A stretch of 64,000 nt of DNA from Macrostomum lignano (taxonomy: Eukaryota): assembly GCA_002269645.1 (NCBI GenBank), contig NIVC01001873.1:62001-126000 (forward strand). The letters are read 5' to 3'. The position numbers were made by a program, and so were the translations under genes. The notes below the pieces were generated by a model. That model saw only the letters and a program-made list of their open reading frames with translations. It was not told the DNA's origin and did no database searches. Shown one piece after another: positions 26,182-38,129 of the stretch (position 1 is its first letter; the number at the start of each line of letters is the position of its first letter).

Positions 26182-26690
26182 TTTGGGTGAAAGGATTCCC
26201 TTCATCAACTGAGAATTCCTCTCTTTGAGTGAAAGGATTCCCTTCATCAACTGAGAATTCCTCTCTTTGAGTGAAAGGATTCCCCTCATCAACAGAATTC
26301 CTCTCTTTGGGTGAAAGGATTCCCTCATCAACTGAGAATTCCTCTCTTTGGGTGAAAGGATTCCCTTCATCAACTGAGAATTCCTCTCTTTGGGTGAAAG
26401 GATTCCCTCATCAACTGAGAATTCCTCTCTTTGGGTGAAAGGATTCCCTTCATCAACTGAGAATTCCTCTCTTTGAGTGAAAGGATTCCCCTCATCAACA
26501 GAATTCCTCTCTTTGAGTGAAGCAATTCCCCTCATCAACAGAATTCCTCTCTTTGAGTGAAGCAATTCCCCTCATCAACAGAATTCCTCTCTTTGAGTGA
26601 AGGAATTCCCCTCATCAACAGAATTCCTCTCTTTGAGTGAAGGAATTCCCCTCATCAACAGAATTCCTCTCTTTGAGTGAAGGAATCGTT
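26182..26690. repeat. Minisatellite, ~40-bp unit, right part
   Basis: Same unit as 24480-24893. Confidence 0.93.
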
Positions 26691-26909
26691 CTTCATCGAT
26701 TTAACTGGTAGGATTTTGCCTGCACCTTCTGCTCACGTCGGATAACAAAGAAGTGAACTCGAAGCACGGTATTTCTGGGCCCAGGCTGCTGCGGCCTACA
26801 GCCCAGCCGAGGCAATGACCATGCCTTTAGGTCCGCAGATGCGGGCGCGAGAAAAGTGAAGCAGCGCCTCCACTGTCTCTCCTTTTATAACTTTGAAAAA
26901 AACCTTTCA

Positions 26910-26915
26910 TGAGAG

Positions 26916-26970
<55 letters not shown>
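26910..26970. repeat. (GA)n microsatellite
   Basis: Visible. Confidence 0.95.
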
Positions 26971-26978
<8 letters not shown>

Positions 26979-27068
26979 AAGAGAGAGAGTGAGATTCCCC
27001 TTCATCAGATGAAAAAGAAGAATTCCCCTTTCTCAAGCCATAAGCCTGATTAACTCGTCAATTTCCAG

Positions 27069-27487
27069 ACGGCAGTTTCGGCTCCGCAGACCCCAACTTT
27101 CGCCGCTGGCTGGAGTGGGACCTGGTCACCGAGCGCTGGGTTCACCACCTGGAGTCAGACTATTGCCCCGCGATCGAGCTGCTGCTGCCTGATCAGCACG
27201 GGGTCAGGCTCAGGTGGCACCGGCACTACTGGCATGGCATCGGAGGCGGCGAGGCCCACGGAGACGACTGCAATCCCACATCGGAGGCTGATCACCAGCT
27301 AGAAGTGAGCTGGCCTGCTCAAAAAACTGATGTAGCAGTCCACGCCAGCTGCTACCTTGGCTACGACTCCAGCAGCAGTGGAGGTGGCCACCACTTTGTC
27401 TCGAGAGCTCGACTGAGAATTCTGCTCAATGGCCGAGAGTTCTTCTGTCGGGATTATTCGGACAGAATAGCGAATGCGACCGCTTGA
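27069..27487 (+). CDS. CocE/NonD-family hydrolase, exon 4 (terminal)
   Basis: Acceptor TTTCCAG|AC in phase 1; stop-free ...WDLVTERW...FVSRARLRILLNGREFFCRDYSDRI...*, resembling the C-terminal extension of long bacterial CocE proteins; joined CDS 2355 nt, in frame. Confidence 0.75.
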
Positions 27488-27524
27488 TTGACATTCCTTG
27501 TCGGCGCTTAAGTACACTCAGACT

Positions 27525-27830
27525 GGGAATTCCCTGAGATGGACAGGAGAGACTCAGTGGGGAATTCCCTGAGATGGACAGGAGAGACTCAGTGAGGAAT
27601 TCCATGAGATTGACAGGTGAGACTCAGTGGGGAATTCCCTGAGATTGGCGGGAGAGACTCAGTGGGGAATTCCATGAGATTGACAGGAGAGACTCAGTGG
27701 GGAATTCCATGAGATTGACAGGTGAGACTCAGTGGGGAATTCCATGAGATTGGCGGGAGAGACTCAGTGGGGAATTCCATGAGATTGACAGGTGAGACTC
27801 AGAGGGGAATTCCTTCAGATTGGCTGGGGA
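27525..27830. repeat. Minisatellite, 35-bp unit (GGGGAATTCCATGAGATTGACAGGTGAGACTCAGT)
   Basis: Tandem array between the convergent 3' ends of the hydrolase and ABCG genes. Confidence 0.93.
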
Positions 27831-28070
27831 GACTCAAAGTTATCAGTGCTTTTAAGCTGGTGGAGGCTTGATACGAGGGTAAATAATCATAAATCTGTAG
27901 CAATGTAGCATTTTAGGCAACTTTGAGTCAAAATGTTTGAAATAAATGAAGAATAACGAAACGTTTTTCGATATAATCTATTGTTGTATTGTTAAAGAAT
28001 GAACAGAATGAACTTCATGTTTGTTTCCAACGCATTTTGGTTACCATGGCAACCGATGCTCATTTCCTGG

Positions 28071-29983
28071 TCAGTTCCTAGACTTCTCCCTGGCCCTCAG
28101 CCACAGACAGGCAAAGGCCAGCAGCCGCAGGCCGAGAATCAGGGCGCACAGCATGCCCAGATTGAAGCCCGTTCGCTCCGCGCTAAAGTTCAAACTTTCG
28201 ATGACGTCACTGCCGGTGCGGAAACACCTGCCGCTGCTGCCGTCCAACGGACAGCTGATGTTGGCCACGCGGCTCCACTGGTTCACCACCAGGGTCTCGT
28301 AGCCGTAGCTGAACCAGGACAGGTAGCGGAGCCAGTCCAGCCAGACAGGTATGCTGGCCTGGTTGAGGAAGAATCCGCCCAGGAGCAGGAAGGGCAGGAT
28401 GGCCGGGTTGGACACGGCCAGGGCGATGTCGATTCGGCCGCTGGCGGTGGCTACAAAGTAGGCCAGGGAGACGGCCGACTTGCAGATGAGCACAACCACG
28501 AGGAGGGCCATCAAGAAGGCCGGCAGGCTGCGCTCCAGCCCGATGGCCCAGTAGATGACCACAGTGAAGCTGAACGGAAGCAGCAGGAAGAGCGGCGTCT
28601 CTGCCAAATTCTTGCACAGGAAGTAGGCGTCCACCCGGTACATGCCGTTGTGATGCTCTCGAAAAAAAATCGGCAACTCCAGCGGGAAAGAGTTGAGCAC
28701 AGTGTAGAAGTTTGAGAAGGTCGTGTTAGTCAGGAATAGGAACAGCGCGCCGTTCAAGTTCATCACTCCGTTCTGGTCGTAGCGTTGGTCAAAGTAAACG
28801 GCGGCCACGATCACCGCCACCACGATGGTCTGCAGGATGCGCACGGCGAAGACGTTCGCGTCGCGAGCCTGGGCCAGCCAGCAGCGCCACAGCAGCGCCA
28901 GCACCTGCCGGCTCCAGGACGCTCGGTAGGGCGACTGGCCCGTCAACTGGCTGGCCACGCTGGCCACCTGCTGGCTGTCGCAGAAGTCCCGACAGCGGAC
29001 GGCCTCCAGCACGGCCTCGGCCAGGGCCGATTTTGCGAACGTGACGGCCAGCTGGTCGACTCGCTGCCGGCACTCGGCTTCCGAGCCGGCGCGCACAGCC
29101 AGCGCGTGCACGAAATGGTCGGCCGGGTTGAAGTTGGCCGGGCACGGGTAGCCGCAGTCGGCGAAGAATCCGAGCGCGTCCGACGCCGGGCCCAGATAGG
29201 CGACCCGGCCCTCGGCCATCAGCATCAGCTGGTCGAACAGGGCGAACGACTCCGAGGACGGCTGGTGGATGGTGCACAGAATGGTGCGGCCGTTGGCGGC
29301 CAATCGCCGGAGAGTCCGCACGACAGTCTCGGCCATGTAGCTGTCCAGCCCGGAGGTCGGCTCGTCGCAGAACATCAGTGGCGGATTGGTTAGCAACTCG
29401 GACGCGAAGCTGAGGCGCTTCATCTCGCCGCCTGAGATGCCCTTGCGCGTGCCGGGATTCCCTATGTAGTCTTCGGCGCACTTGACCAGTCCCATCTCGT
29501 CCAGCACTTCCTCGACTCGTTGGCGCCGGTCCCGCAGCGACATTTTCGACTCCATGCGTAGCAGCGCCTGAAACCAGAGGTGCTCCCGAACCTTCAGCGT
29601 CCCGATGAACATGTCGTCCTGCTGCACGTAAGCCGACAAAGCTTTGATGCCTTTGTCAACGCTAAGGCCGTTCACCTTGACTGAGCCCTGAATGGTCAGG
29701 CTGGACTGGTTTCTGGCCGTGAGCACGTTGAGCAGAGTGCTCTTGCCGGCCCCGGACGCGCCCAGGATGGCCAGCAGGGTGCCAGGCTTGGCCACGCCGG
29801 TCACCCCGTGTAGGATCTGCTTCCTGGCGTCCGTCTCGTAGGCCCGGCCGCAGCAGTCGGTGGCGATGACAGGCGCGAATACGTTGACATTCTCCCAGGC
29901 CAGTGTGATGGAGCTGATTGTTTCTACCAGGGTGAGGCTGCGCCTGTACCGACTCGAGTCCCGGCTGGGCTGTCTGTCAGTGC
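28071..29983 (-). CDS. white: ABCG half-transporter, white-like, exon 2 (NBD + TMD)
   Basis: Walker A GASGAGKST, Q-loop YVQQDD, signature ISGGE, Walker B/D-loop FCDEPTSGLD, H-loop TIHQP, six-TM ABC-2 domain; phase-1 acceptor CTCTTCAG|GC. Confidence 0.93.
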
Positions 29984-30664
29984 CTGAAGAGCGGTGGTTG
30001 TGCTGCAGGGGTGACAGTCGGCCGCCTCATTCGGGCTCCGGACCCGGCTAGCTTTCCTTGCTTTTGCCAATGCTTTCTTGTCATTTACTATTTCGAGCGC
30101 CTTGCCCATAGACATCTGAATAAAACTATAAATACGTCCTTAATTAACAGATCTTTATAGAAAGTTCCGACACTTTTAAGCCCGGTGCAAAAACGGAAGC
30201 AGCTCTGCAAACACAAATTTGGTGTCATTTCCTGACAGTCTGACAGTGAAAGCGACAATGAATATAGAACACGATGGCTTGTCCTTAAAGAAACTAACTG
30301 TTGGCTTTAGTCGTCATCAACCTTCAAGGCAGCCTTCTCAACATAAGCCTCAACCTGTAGCACCACTGCGTCCACACGCAGTTGCGCTATAAGCTGAACA
30401 CTGCCCCCCCCCCGCCGTTCACTGCTGCCACACCTGCATGACCACATGAAAAGTTACAGCAATTGACGCAATTGAATATTACGCAGTTTTATGAAATTTG
30501 TTTGCGCAAATTTTCTTATCGGGCGTCCATGACTGATAAGTAGAAGTTACTAATGGGCACACACTGGAGGACGGGCAGTGCAACTGACAAAAAATAGAAG
30601 TTGATAGCCAACTATCTATCATTTCCCTGTCCCTGTCAGTGTGATATGCGTTGTCAATACCACA

Positions 30665-31512
30665 GAACAGCAACTGAGGATCTGGGAGGCTGGCACAGCA
30701 ACTGAGGATCTGGAGGGCGGCCCTGTCCAGCAACTGAGGATCTGGGAAGCTGGTCCAGCAACTGAGGATCTGGGAAGCTGGTCCAGCAACTGAGGATCTG
30801 GGAAGCTGGTCCAGCAACTGAGGATCTGGGAGGCTGGCACAGCAACTGAGGATCTGGGAGGCTGGCCCAGAAACTGAGGATCTGGGAGGCTGGCACAGCA
30901 GCTGAGGATCTGGGAGGCTGGCCCAGCAACTGAGGATCTGGGAGGCTGGCACAGCAGCTGAGGATCTGGGAGGCTGAATCATCGACTGAGGATCTGAGAG
31001 GCTGGCCCAGCAACTGAGGATCTGGGAGGCTGGCCCAGAAACTGAGGATCTGGGAGGCTGGCCCAGCAACTGAGGATCTGGAGGGCGGCCCAGTCCAGCA
31101 ACTGAGGATCTGGGAAGCTGGTCCAGCAACTGAGGATCTGGGAGGGCGGCCCAGTCCAGCAACTGAGGATCTGGGAAGCTGGTCCAGCAACTGAGGATCT
31201 GGGAAGCTGGTCCAGCAACTGAGGATCTGGGAGGCTGGCACAGCAACTGAGGATCTGGGAGGCTGGCCCAGAAACTGAGGATCTGGGAGGCTGGCACAGC
31301 ACCTGAGGATCTGGGAGGCTGGCCCAGCAACTGAGGATCTGGGAGGCTGGCACAGCAACTGAGGATCTGGGAGGCTGAATCATCGACTGAGGATCTGAGA
31401 GGCTGGCCCAGCAACTGAGGATCTGGGAGGCTGGCCCAGAAACTGAGGATCTGGGAGGCTGGCCCAGCAACTGAGGATCTGGGAGGCTGAATCATCGACT
31501 GAGGATCTGGGA
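30665..31512. repeat. Intronic minisatellite, ~28-bp unit (CAGCAACTGAGGATCTGGGAGGCTGGCA)
   Basis: Tandem array within the white intron. Confidence 0.95.
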
Positions 31513-31592
31513 GTTACTGTAGCTCTCATGTTCTCACCCAAATCAGGACCAGCAACTCTGGTAGATCACTCCAGAATCGAACCCCTGCTCAC

Positions 31593-31809
31593 CGTAGGTA
31601 TTCCCATTTCCAAGCGTCATGCCGGCCGCAGCCTTCTGCCTCGGCGTTGGGTACTCCTTCTCGATGAAGGTCTCGTAGCCTGACTGGTCGCTGGCCGCTG
31701 CAGCCTCCACATCCGACGGCATCAACGGCATTTCCTCCTCAGCCGCTGCCTCTGCTGCTGAGTTGCTTCGGCGGCCGAACCTGCCAGAACTCGACTGTGT
31801 TCTCGGCAT
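31593..31809 (-). CDS. white: white-like ABCG, probable exon 1
   Basis: ATG ORF MPRTQSSSGR...GNGNTYG ending at strong donor G|GTGAGC; phase matches exon 2; joined CDS 2130 nt (709 aa). Confidence 0.7.
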
Positions 31810-32959
31810 TCCTCTCCTACGCCCTTCGTTTTACTCAATAGTAATAAAGAGCTCTGAGCGCCTGGCTAAATGCTGTGTTGGGCTGATCTGGTTTCAAAGG
31901 TAGCCTTTGCGCTGACCAATTTTCTACAAGCGAGCCTCCGCGCGAAGGTGAGAGTAAACCCCCGATAAGCGACTGAACTGATAGCGAGGGTCGAGCAAGA
32001 TCGAGACAGACAGAGAGACACGATAGAATTTCGGCACCAACCCCCTTCCACCCATAGCCGTGCCAAGTGCTGTCAAAGCTCCTACCGTCAGCCTTTCAAA
32101 ATCAACGTGCGCGGTGGTCTGATTTATTTAAACAAATAAACGTATAGTTTAATTAGCAAGTTGTAAAGATAAGACAATTACGAGCATATCCTATTTATAC
32201 ATTGAATCAGCTGGACTCTCCTACACCCCATACTGTGCGCTTCTATTGCTACTGACAGTAGCCAGGCTTGTCTGAAAAGCAGAGAAAACTATTTCAATTA
32301 GAAATAAAAAACATTATGGCTCATAATAAAAGTACAGCAAGGAATAGCAAATCCGAACTCGGAACTCGGTGAACTAAAAAATGTGATTTCTTCCAATTCT
32401 TCTTATCAGAGTCGCCGCGCACCTGGGACACCTGTTTACTGGCGGCTGTCAGTCAGATAAAACTTTCTCCTCCTCGAAGTGATGAGCGACTAACTGCGGG
32501 CTCGCCATCATCTTAATATAAAAAGTACAAATGCAGCAGCTTTGTATTTGTATTGGTCCGGTGCGCAGTGGAATGCGTCAGGGCGTGAGGGGAATGATGC
32601 CAATTCCTGTCTCTGCTGATTTGCACTTTTTTTGCGCTGAATTCTTACATTTCCCAGCATCCTCTTTCACGGCTAGGCTTTGCTATGATTGCAATTATTT
32701 TCAAGACTTCTCTTCTTGACTTTGAGAACTTTGGTGTTGAAATCTGACACCAGCGCTCACAGCTGACTGTGCTTGTTGTGCCTGTGCGCTTTCAAAAACT
32801 TCGATGTTCAATGATTTTCTCTTAGAGAAACTCCGTCTTTGCCTGCCAGCGGCCCTGTCTGCTTTCATCTGCCCTCCTCGCTCCTCTTTTGCCAGGATTA
32901 ATCTGACTTTTCCTTCTCTCTTACTTCCCTCCTAATATTTGTCTCTATAATCTTACTCC

Positions 32960-33520
32960 ACTTCTCTCCCTGCCTGTCCCTCCACTTCTCTCCCTCCCTG
33001 TCACTCCACTTCTCTCCCTCCCTGTCAGTCTACATCTCTTCCTTCCTGCTCCTCTACTTCTCTCCCTCCCTGTCACTCAACTTCTCTCCCTCCCTGTCAA
33101 TCTACTTCTCCCTCCCTGTCACTCTACTTCTCTTCCTCCCTGTCACTCTACTTCTCTTCCTCCCTGTCACTCTACTTCTCTCCCTCCCTGTCACTCCACT
33201 TCTCTCCCTCCCTGTCACTCCACTTCTCTTCCTCCCTGTCACTCCACTTCTCTCCCTCCCTGTCACTCCACTTCTCTCCCTCCCTGTCACTCCACTTCTC
33301 TTCCTCCCTGTCACTCCACTTCTCTACCTCCCTGTCAGTCTACTTCTCTCCCTCCCTGTCACTCAACTTCTCTCCCTCCCTGTCTCTCTACTTCTCTCCC
33401 GATCTGTCACTCTACTTCTCTCCATCCCTGTCATTCAACTTCTCTAACTCCCTGTCACTCCACTTCTCTCCCTCCCTGTCACTCTACTTCTCTCAATCCC
33501 ACTCTACTTCTCTCCCTCGG
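32960..33520. repeat. Minisatellite, 24-bp unit (CTTCTCTCCCTCCCTGTCACTCCA)
   Basis: Visible tandem array. Confidence 0.93.
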
Positions 33521-34129
33521 TGCCTCATCCTCACATCCCAACACCTTTGCGTGACTTACGCCATGTTAACACCTGCTTATATGCCACTCCCCAGCTCCCT
33601 TCCTGGCCCTATTTAAACTCCCCCCATATCCGGCAACTAATGGCTGCGCCCTGACCCAGGTATGCCGCTGGCTAATGCCCCGCAGCCTCAGCCTCCATCA
33701 TCAATCAGAGAAGGCTGAAATTTCGGAAGCGCCACACAAAAAAGCTGATCTAATGGTCGGTCTCGCAGAGGTCATTCAATGTCAAACAGAGTTGACCCCC
33801 AGACTGGAAAATTTGCCTGTCTTTTAGCTATAAGAAGCCCCGAAGTCGGTTTAAACGGAGACTGCAGAAACATTTTTTGTTTCCTGGTAGCTTCATTTTA
33901 TTTTCGCGGAGTCATGAAGGGGATTATCCAACAGTTTCGTTAAAACTATACAGCCTCCACGGGGTCACGGAGGTCAAATTTAAAAAGCATTTTTCCGTCT
34001 CGCCCAAACTTCTCGTTTCTTGACCCGACAGCACCAGTTTTAATTGGGTGTTTCTTGGAAATAAGAAAACTCGATGGCAAGGCACCCCTCATCTTCATCA
34101 TCTCTTCATTCATCATCTCATCATTCATC

Positions 34130-34760
34130 AGTCTCTCCCTCTCAGTCTCCCTCTCAGACTCTCCCTCCCAGTCACTCCCCTCCGAGTCTCTCCCCTGTCA
34201 GTCTCTCCCTCCCAGTCTCTCCCTCCCAGTCTCTCCCTCTCAGACTCTTCCCCTATCAGTCTCAGACTTTCCCTCCCAGTCTCTCCCTCTCAGTCCCTCC
34301 CAGTCTCTCCTTCTCAGTCTCTCCCCTGTCAGTCTCTCCCTTGTCAGTTTCTCCCCTGTCAGTCTCTCCCCTGTCAGTCTCTCCCTGTCAGTCTCTCCCT
34401 GTCAGTCTCTCCCTCCCAGTCTCTCCTTCTCAGTCTCTCCCCTGTCAGTCTCTCCCTTGTCAGTCTCTCCCCTGTCAGTCTCTCCCCTGTCAGTCTCTCC
34501 CTGTCAGTCTCTCCCTGTCAGTCTCTCCCTCCCAGTCTCTCCTTCTCACTCTCTCCCTCCCAGTCTCTCCCTTGTCAGTCTCTCCCCTCTCAGTCTCTCC
34601 CTCTCAGTCTCTCCCTCTCAGTCTCTCCCTCTCAGTCTCTCCCTCTCAGTCTCTCCCGCTCAGTCTCTCCCGCTCAGTTTCTCCTCTCAGTCTCTTCTTC
34701 TCAGTCTCTCCCTCTTTAAGTCTCTCCCTCTCTCAATCTCTCACTCAGTCCCCCATCTCT
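34130..34760. repeat. Degenerate (CAGTCTCTCCCT)-type minisatellite
   Basis: Visible. Confidence 0.9.
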
Positions 34761-34989
34761 GAGACTTTCCCTCGGTCTTTTCTCATTTCGGATTACAATT
34801 CCTCATAGAAAAATATTTTACACAACATATCGTTAGATGGCCATCGATTTCTCAGTATGAAAGCTTCAAGGCTCAACAAGGAGGTTCAATTATAATCGAT
34901 TACAAGAAAAAACTCATGTCGAAAGCTGTAAAAGTGCAATGCACAAAGAAATTAGTCCGTTTTATATCTGCTCAAGTGCGCAGAGCAAC

Positions 34990-35415
34990 CGGGAGAGGGA
35001 GAGAGATGGAGAGGAAGCGAGAAAGATAGGAAGAGAGGGAGAGAGGGAGAGAGGGAGAGAGGGAGAGAGGGAGAGAGGGAGGAAGAGTTATAGGAAGAGA
35101 GGGAGAGAGGGAGAAGGGAAGGGAGAGGGGAGAGGGGGGTAGAGGAAGAGAGGGAGAGAGGGAGAGGAAGAGAGGGAAAGGAAGAGAGGGAGAGGATGAC
35201 AGGGAGAGGAAGAGAGGGAGAGGAAGAGAGGGAGAGGAAGAGAGGGAGAGGAAGAGAGGGAGAGGAGGAGAGGGAGAGGAAGAGAGGGAGAGGAAGAGAG
35301 GGAGAGGAAGAGAGGGAGAGGAAGAGAGGGAGAGGAAGAGAGGGAGAGGAAGAGAGGGAGAGGAAGAGAGGGAGAGGAGGAGAGGAGGGAGAGGAAGAGA
35401 GGGAGAGGAAGAGAT
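34990..35415. repeat. GA-rich microsatellite (GAGAGGGAGAGGAA)n
   Basis: Visible. Confidence 0.92.
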
Positions 35416-35690
35416 GGAAAACCATCTCTTCTGGGTTGCCCAGAAGGAATGGGCAACCCAGACGGCAACCACCGTCTAATGAGGCTGCCCATTTCTAGGT
35501 CGCAAGTCGCCCGCCAAATCAACAGGTGGCTCCATCAGCAGCACCAGCTCCACTGGAACAGCTGCACCGACTACAGGCAGACCCGCTCTGCAATGCCTAA
35601 GCTGAACAGGAAAGTCTCTGAATATCTGATCTCACTTAACAGAACCGACCGCAGGGAGATGTGCATGTCGAAAGCTGAGCAACCATATAG
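35415..35690 (+). mobile_element. Decayed LINE fragment (end of RNase H and downstream region)
   Basis: [56 protein letters not shown] aligns by eye with PLAPIPATVINRQINDWADILHLRRWDGISNCRQSRAAVPNPSLKLRRILLNQNRKD of the LINE at ~61440-61630. Confidence 0.65.
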
Positions 35691-36089
35691 TAATGCACAA
35701 AGAAATTAGTCTGCTTTGGCTGCTTAGAGAACGCGCAGTATATAATATGAATCATTATTATTAAGCTATATGCTACTGTATCAGACGGACACTTCAGTAG
35801 TATTCTTGAATACTTTTTAAGAGCTAAGCATAATCTTTGACTCTCTTTCTATTCACCCTTCAACAGTTGCTTTCTGAAGTTAAACTGTCCATAGCACAGT
35901 GGCCGCAGGCTATGCATGGGCTTGCAGAAACTCAGATCAGATATAGTCAAGGGGTGGGTTTGAAAACTAAGGTCGGCTGTTTGCACTTTTAATAAGTCAA
36001 TTCTAAACGGCCCAAATAGAAGAGCTGTCTGCAATTTTAGTTTGTAAAGACAGTCAATTGAATGATAAAAACCTGCTGTGTCTGTGGCT

Positions 36090-37650
36090 CAGTGTCCTAA
36101 TGGCTAAATACTCAGAGGCCTAATGGCTAAATACTCAGAGGCCTAATGGCTAAATACTCAGAGGCCTAATGGCTAAATACTCAGAGGCCTAATGGCTAAA
36201 TACTCAGAGGACTAATGGCTAAATATTCAGTGTCCTAATGGCTAAATATTCAGTGTCCTAATGGCTAAATACTCAGTGTCCTAATGGCTAAATATTCACT
36301 GTCCTAATGGCTAAATACTCAGTGACCTAATGGCTAAATATTCACTGTCCTAATGGCTAAATACTCAGTGACCTAATGGCTAAATACTCAGTGACCTAAT
36401 GGCTAAATACTCAGAGGCCTAATGGCTAAATACTGTGTCCTAATGACTCAATACTCAGAGGCCTAATGGCTAAATACTCAGAGGCCTAATGGCTAAATAC
36501 TCAGAGGACTAATGGCTAAATACTCAGTGTCCTAATGACTCAATACTCAGAGGCCTAATGGCTAAATACTCAGAGGACTAATGGCTAAATATTCAGTGTC
36601 CTAATGGCTAAATATTCAGTGTCCTAATGGCTAAATATTCACTGTCCTAATGGCTAAATACTCAGTGACCTAATGGCTAAATACTCAGAGGCCTAATGGC
36701 TAAATACTGTGTCCTAATGACTAAATATTGAGTGTCCTAATGACCCATTACTCAGTGTCCTAATGACCCATTACTCAGTGTCCTAATGACTCAATACTCA
36801 GAGGCCTAATGGCTAAATACTCAGAGGCCTAATGACTCAATACTCAGAGGACTAATGGCTAAATATTCAGTGTCCTAATGGCTAAATATTCAGTGTCCTA
36901 ATGGCTAAATACTCAGTGACCTAATGGCTAAATACTGTGTCCTAATGACTCAATACTCAGAGGCCTAATGGCTAAATACTCAGAGGCCTAATGGCTAAAT
37001 ACTCAGAGGACTAATGGCTAAATATTCAGTGTCCTAATGGCTAAATATTCAGTGTCCTAATGGCTAAATACTCAGTGTCCTAATGGCTAAATATTCACTG
37101 TCCTAATGGCTAAATACTCAGTGACCTAATGGCTAAATACTCAGAGGCCTAATGGCTAAATACTGTGTCCTAATGGCTAAATACTCAGAGGCCTAATGGC
37201 TAAATACTCAGAGGACTAATGGCTAAATATTCAGTGTCCTAATGGCTAAATATTCAGTGTCCTAATGGCTAAATACTCAGTGACCTAATGGCTAAATACT
37301 CAGTGACCTAATGGCTAAATACTCAGAGGCCTAATCGCTAAATACTGTGTCCTAATGACTAAATATTGAGTGTCCTAATGACCCATTACTCAGTGTCCTA
37401 ATGACTCAATACTCAGTGTCCTAATGGCTAAATACTCAGAGGCCTAATGGCTAAATACTCAGTGTCCTAATGACTCAATACTCAGTGTCCTAATGACTGA
37501 ATATTGAGTGTCCTAATGACTCATTACTCAGTGTCCTAATGACTCAATACTCAGTGTCCTAACGACTCATGTCCCAATGACTCAATACTCAGAGGCCTAA
37601 TGACTCAATACCCAGTGTCCTAATGACTCAATACTCAGTATCCTAATGAA
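36090..37650. repeat. Minisatellite, 23-bp unit (CTAATGGCTAAATACTCAGAGGC)
   Basis: Visible tandem array with recurring variant blocks. Confidence 0.96.
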
Positions 37651-38129
37651 TTCATGCTCATCCTTGCCTAATGGTTAATACCATTAATGCCCAATGCTAA
37701 GCGATAGGGAAAAGGAGAAATAATTAAACAAACAATGCGCCAAGAAAGAAACAGCAGCAATGGTGCACTGCAAGGCGAAGATACAAAGCAAACAGACACC
37801 CCTTGCAGGCTTCGCTAGTAGCAGATAAATGCCAACAGCCGACAGAACTGACATCATGTGCAGAGATTAGAAAGATTAGCACAAAACTTAATTTCTATAG
37901 CCTTTTCTATAGAAAAGTTGCTGTTGACCAAGTTCGCAATCTAGCTGAATAATTTTGGGGTGAAATGTAGCAAAAAACTTGTCGAAGTTCGAATGGAAAA
38001 GGGGTTTAATGCTTCTGTACCAAGGCATGTAGGCATTTTCATCCTGTTCTCTTGTTTGCTGCAGTTTGCAGAGACTGCAGTTGGAAGTGCTGTGGGTTAG
38101 GGTTGCAAAACTTTGCAGCGACTCGCGAT

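Noticed and set aside
29924-30115. ATG ORF MSMGKALE as the white start
   Set aside because: Out of frame and terminates; the upstream exon with a GTGAGC donor fits the phase better
30479-31495. 338-aa PQLLGQPPRSS ORF
   Set aside because: 28-bp satellite inside the white intron
33600-33800. INQRRLKFRKRH, like the RTE C-terminal RRLRFAGH
   Set aside because: Too short and degenerate to support a LINE call
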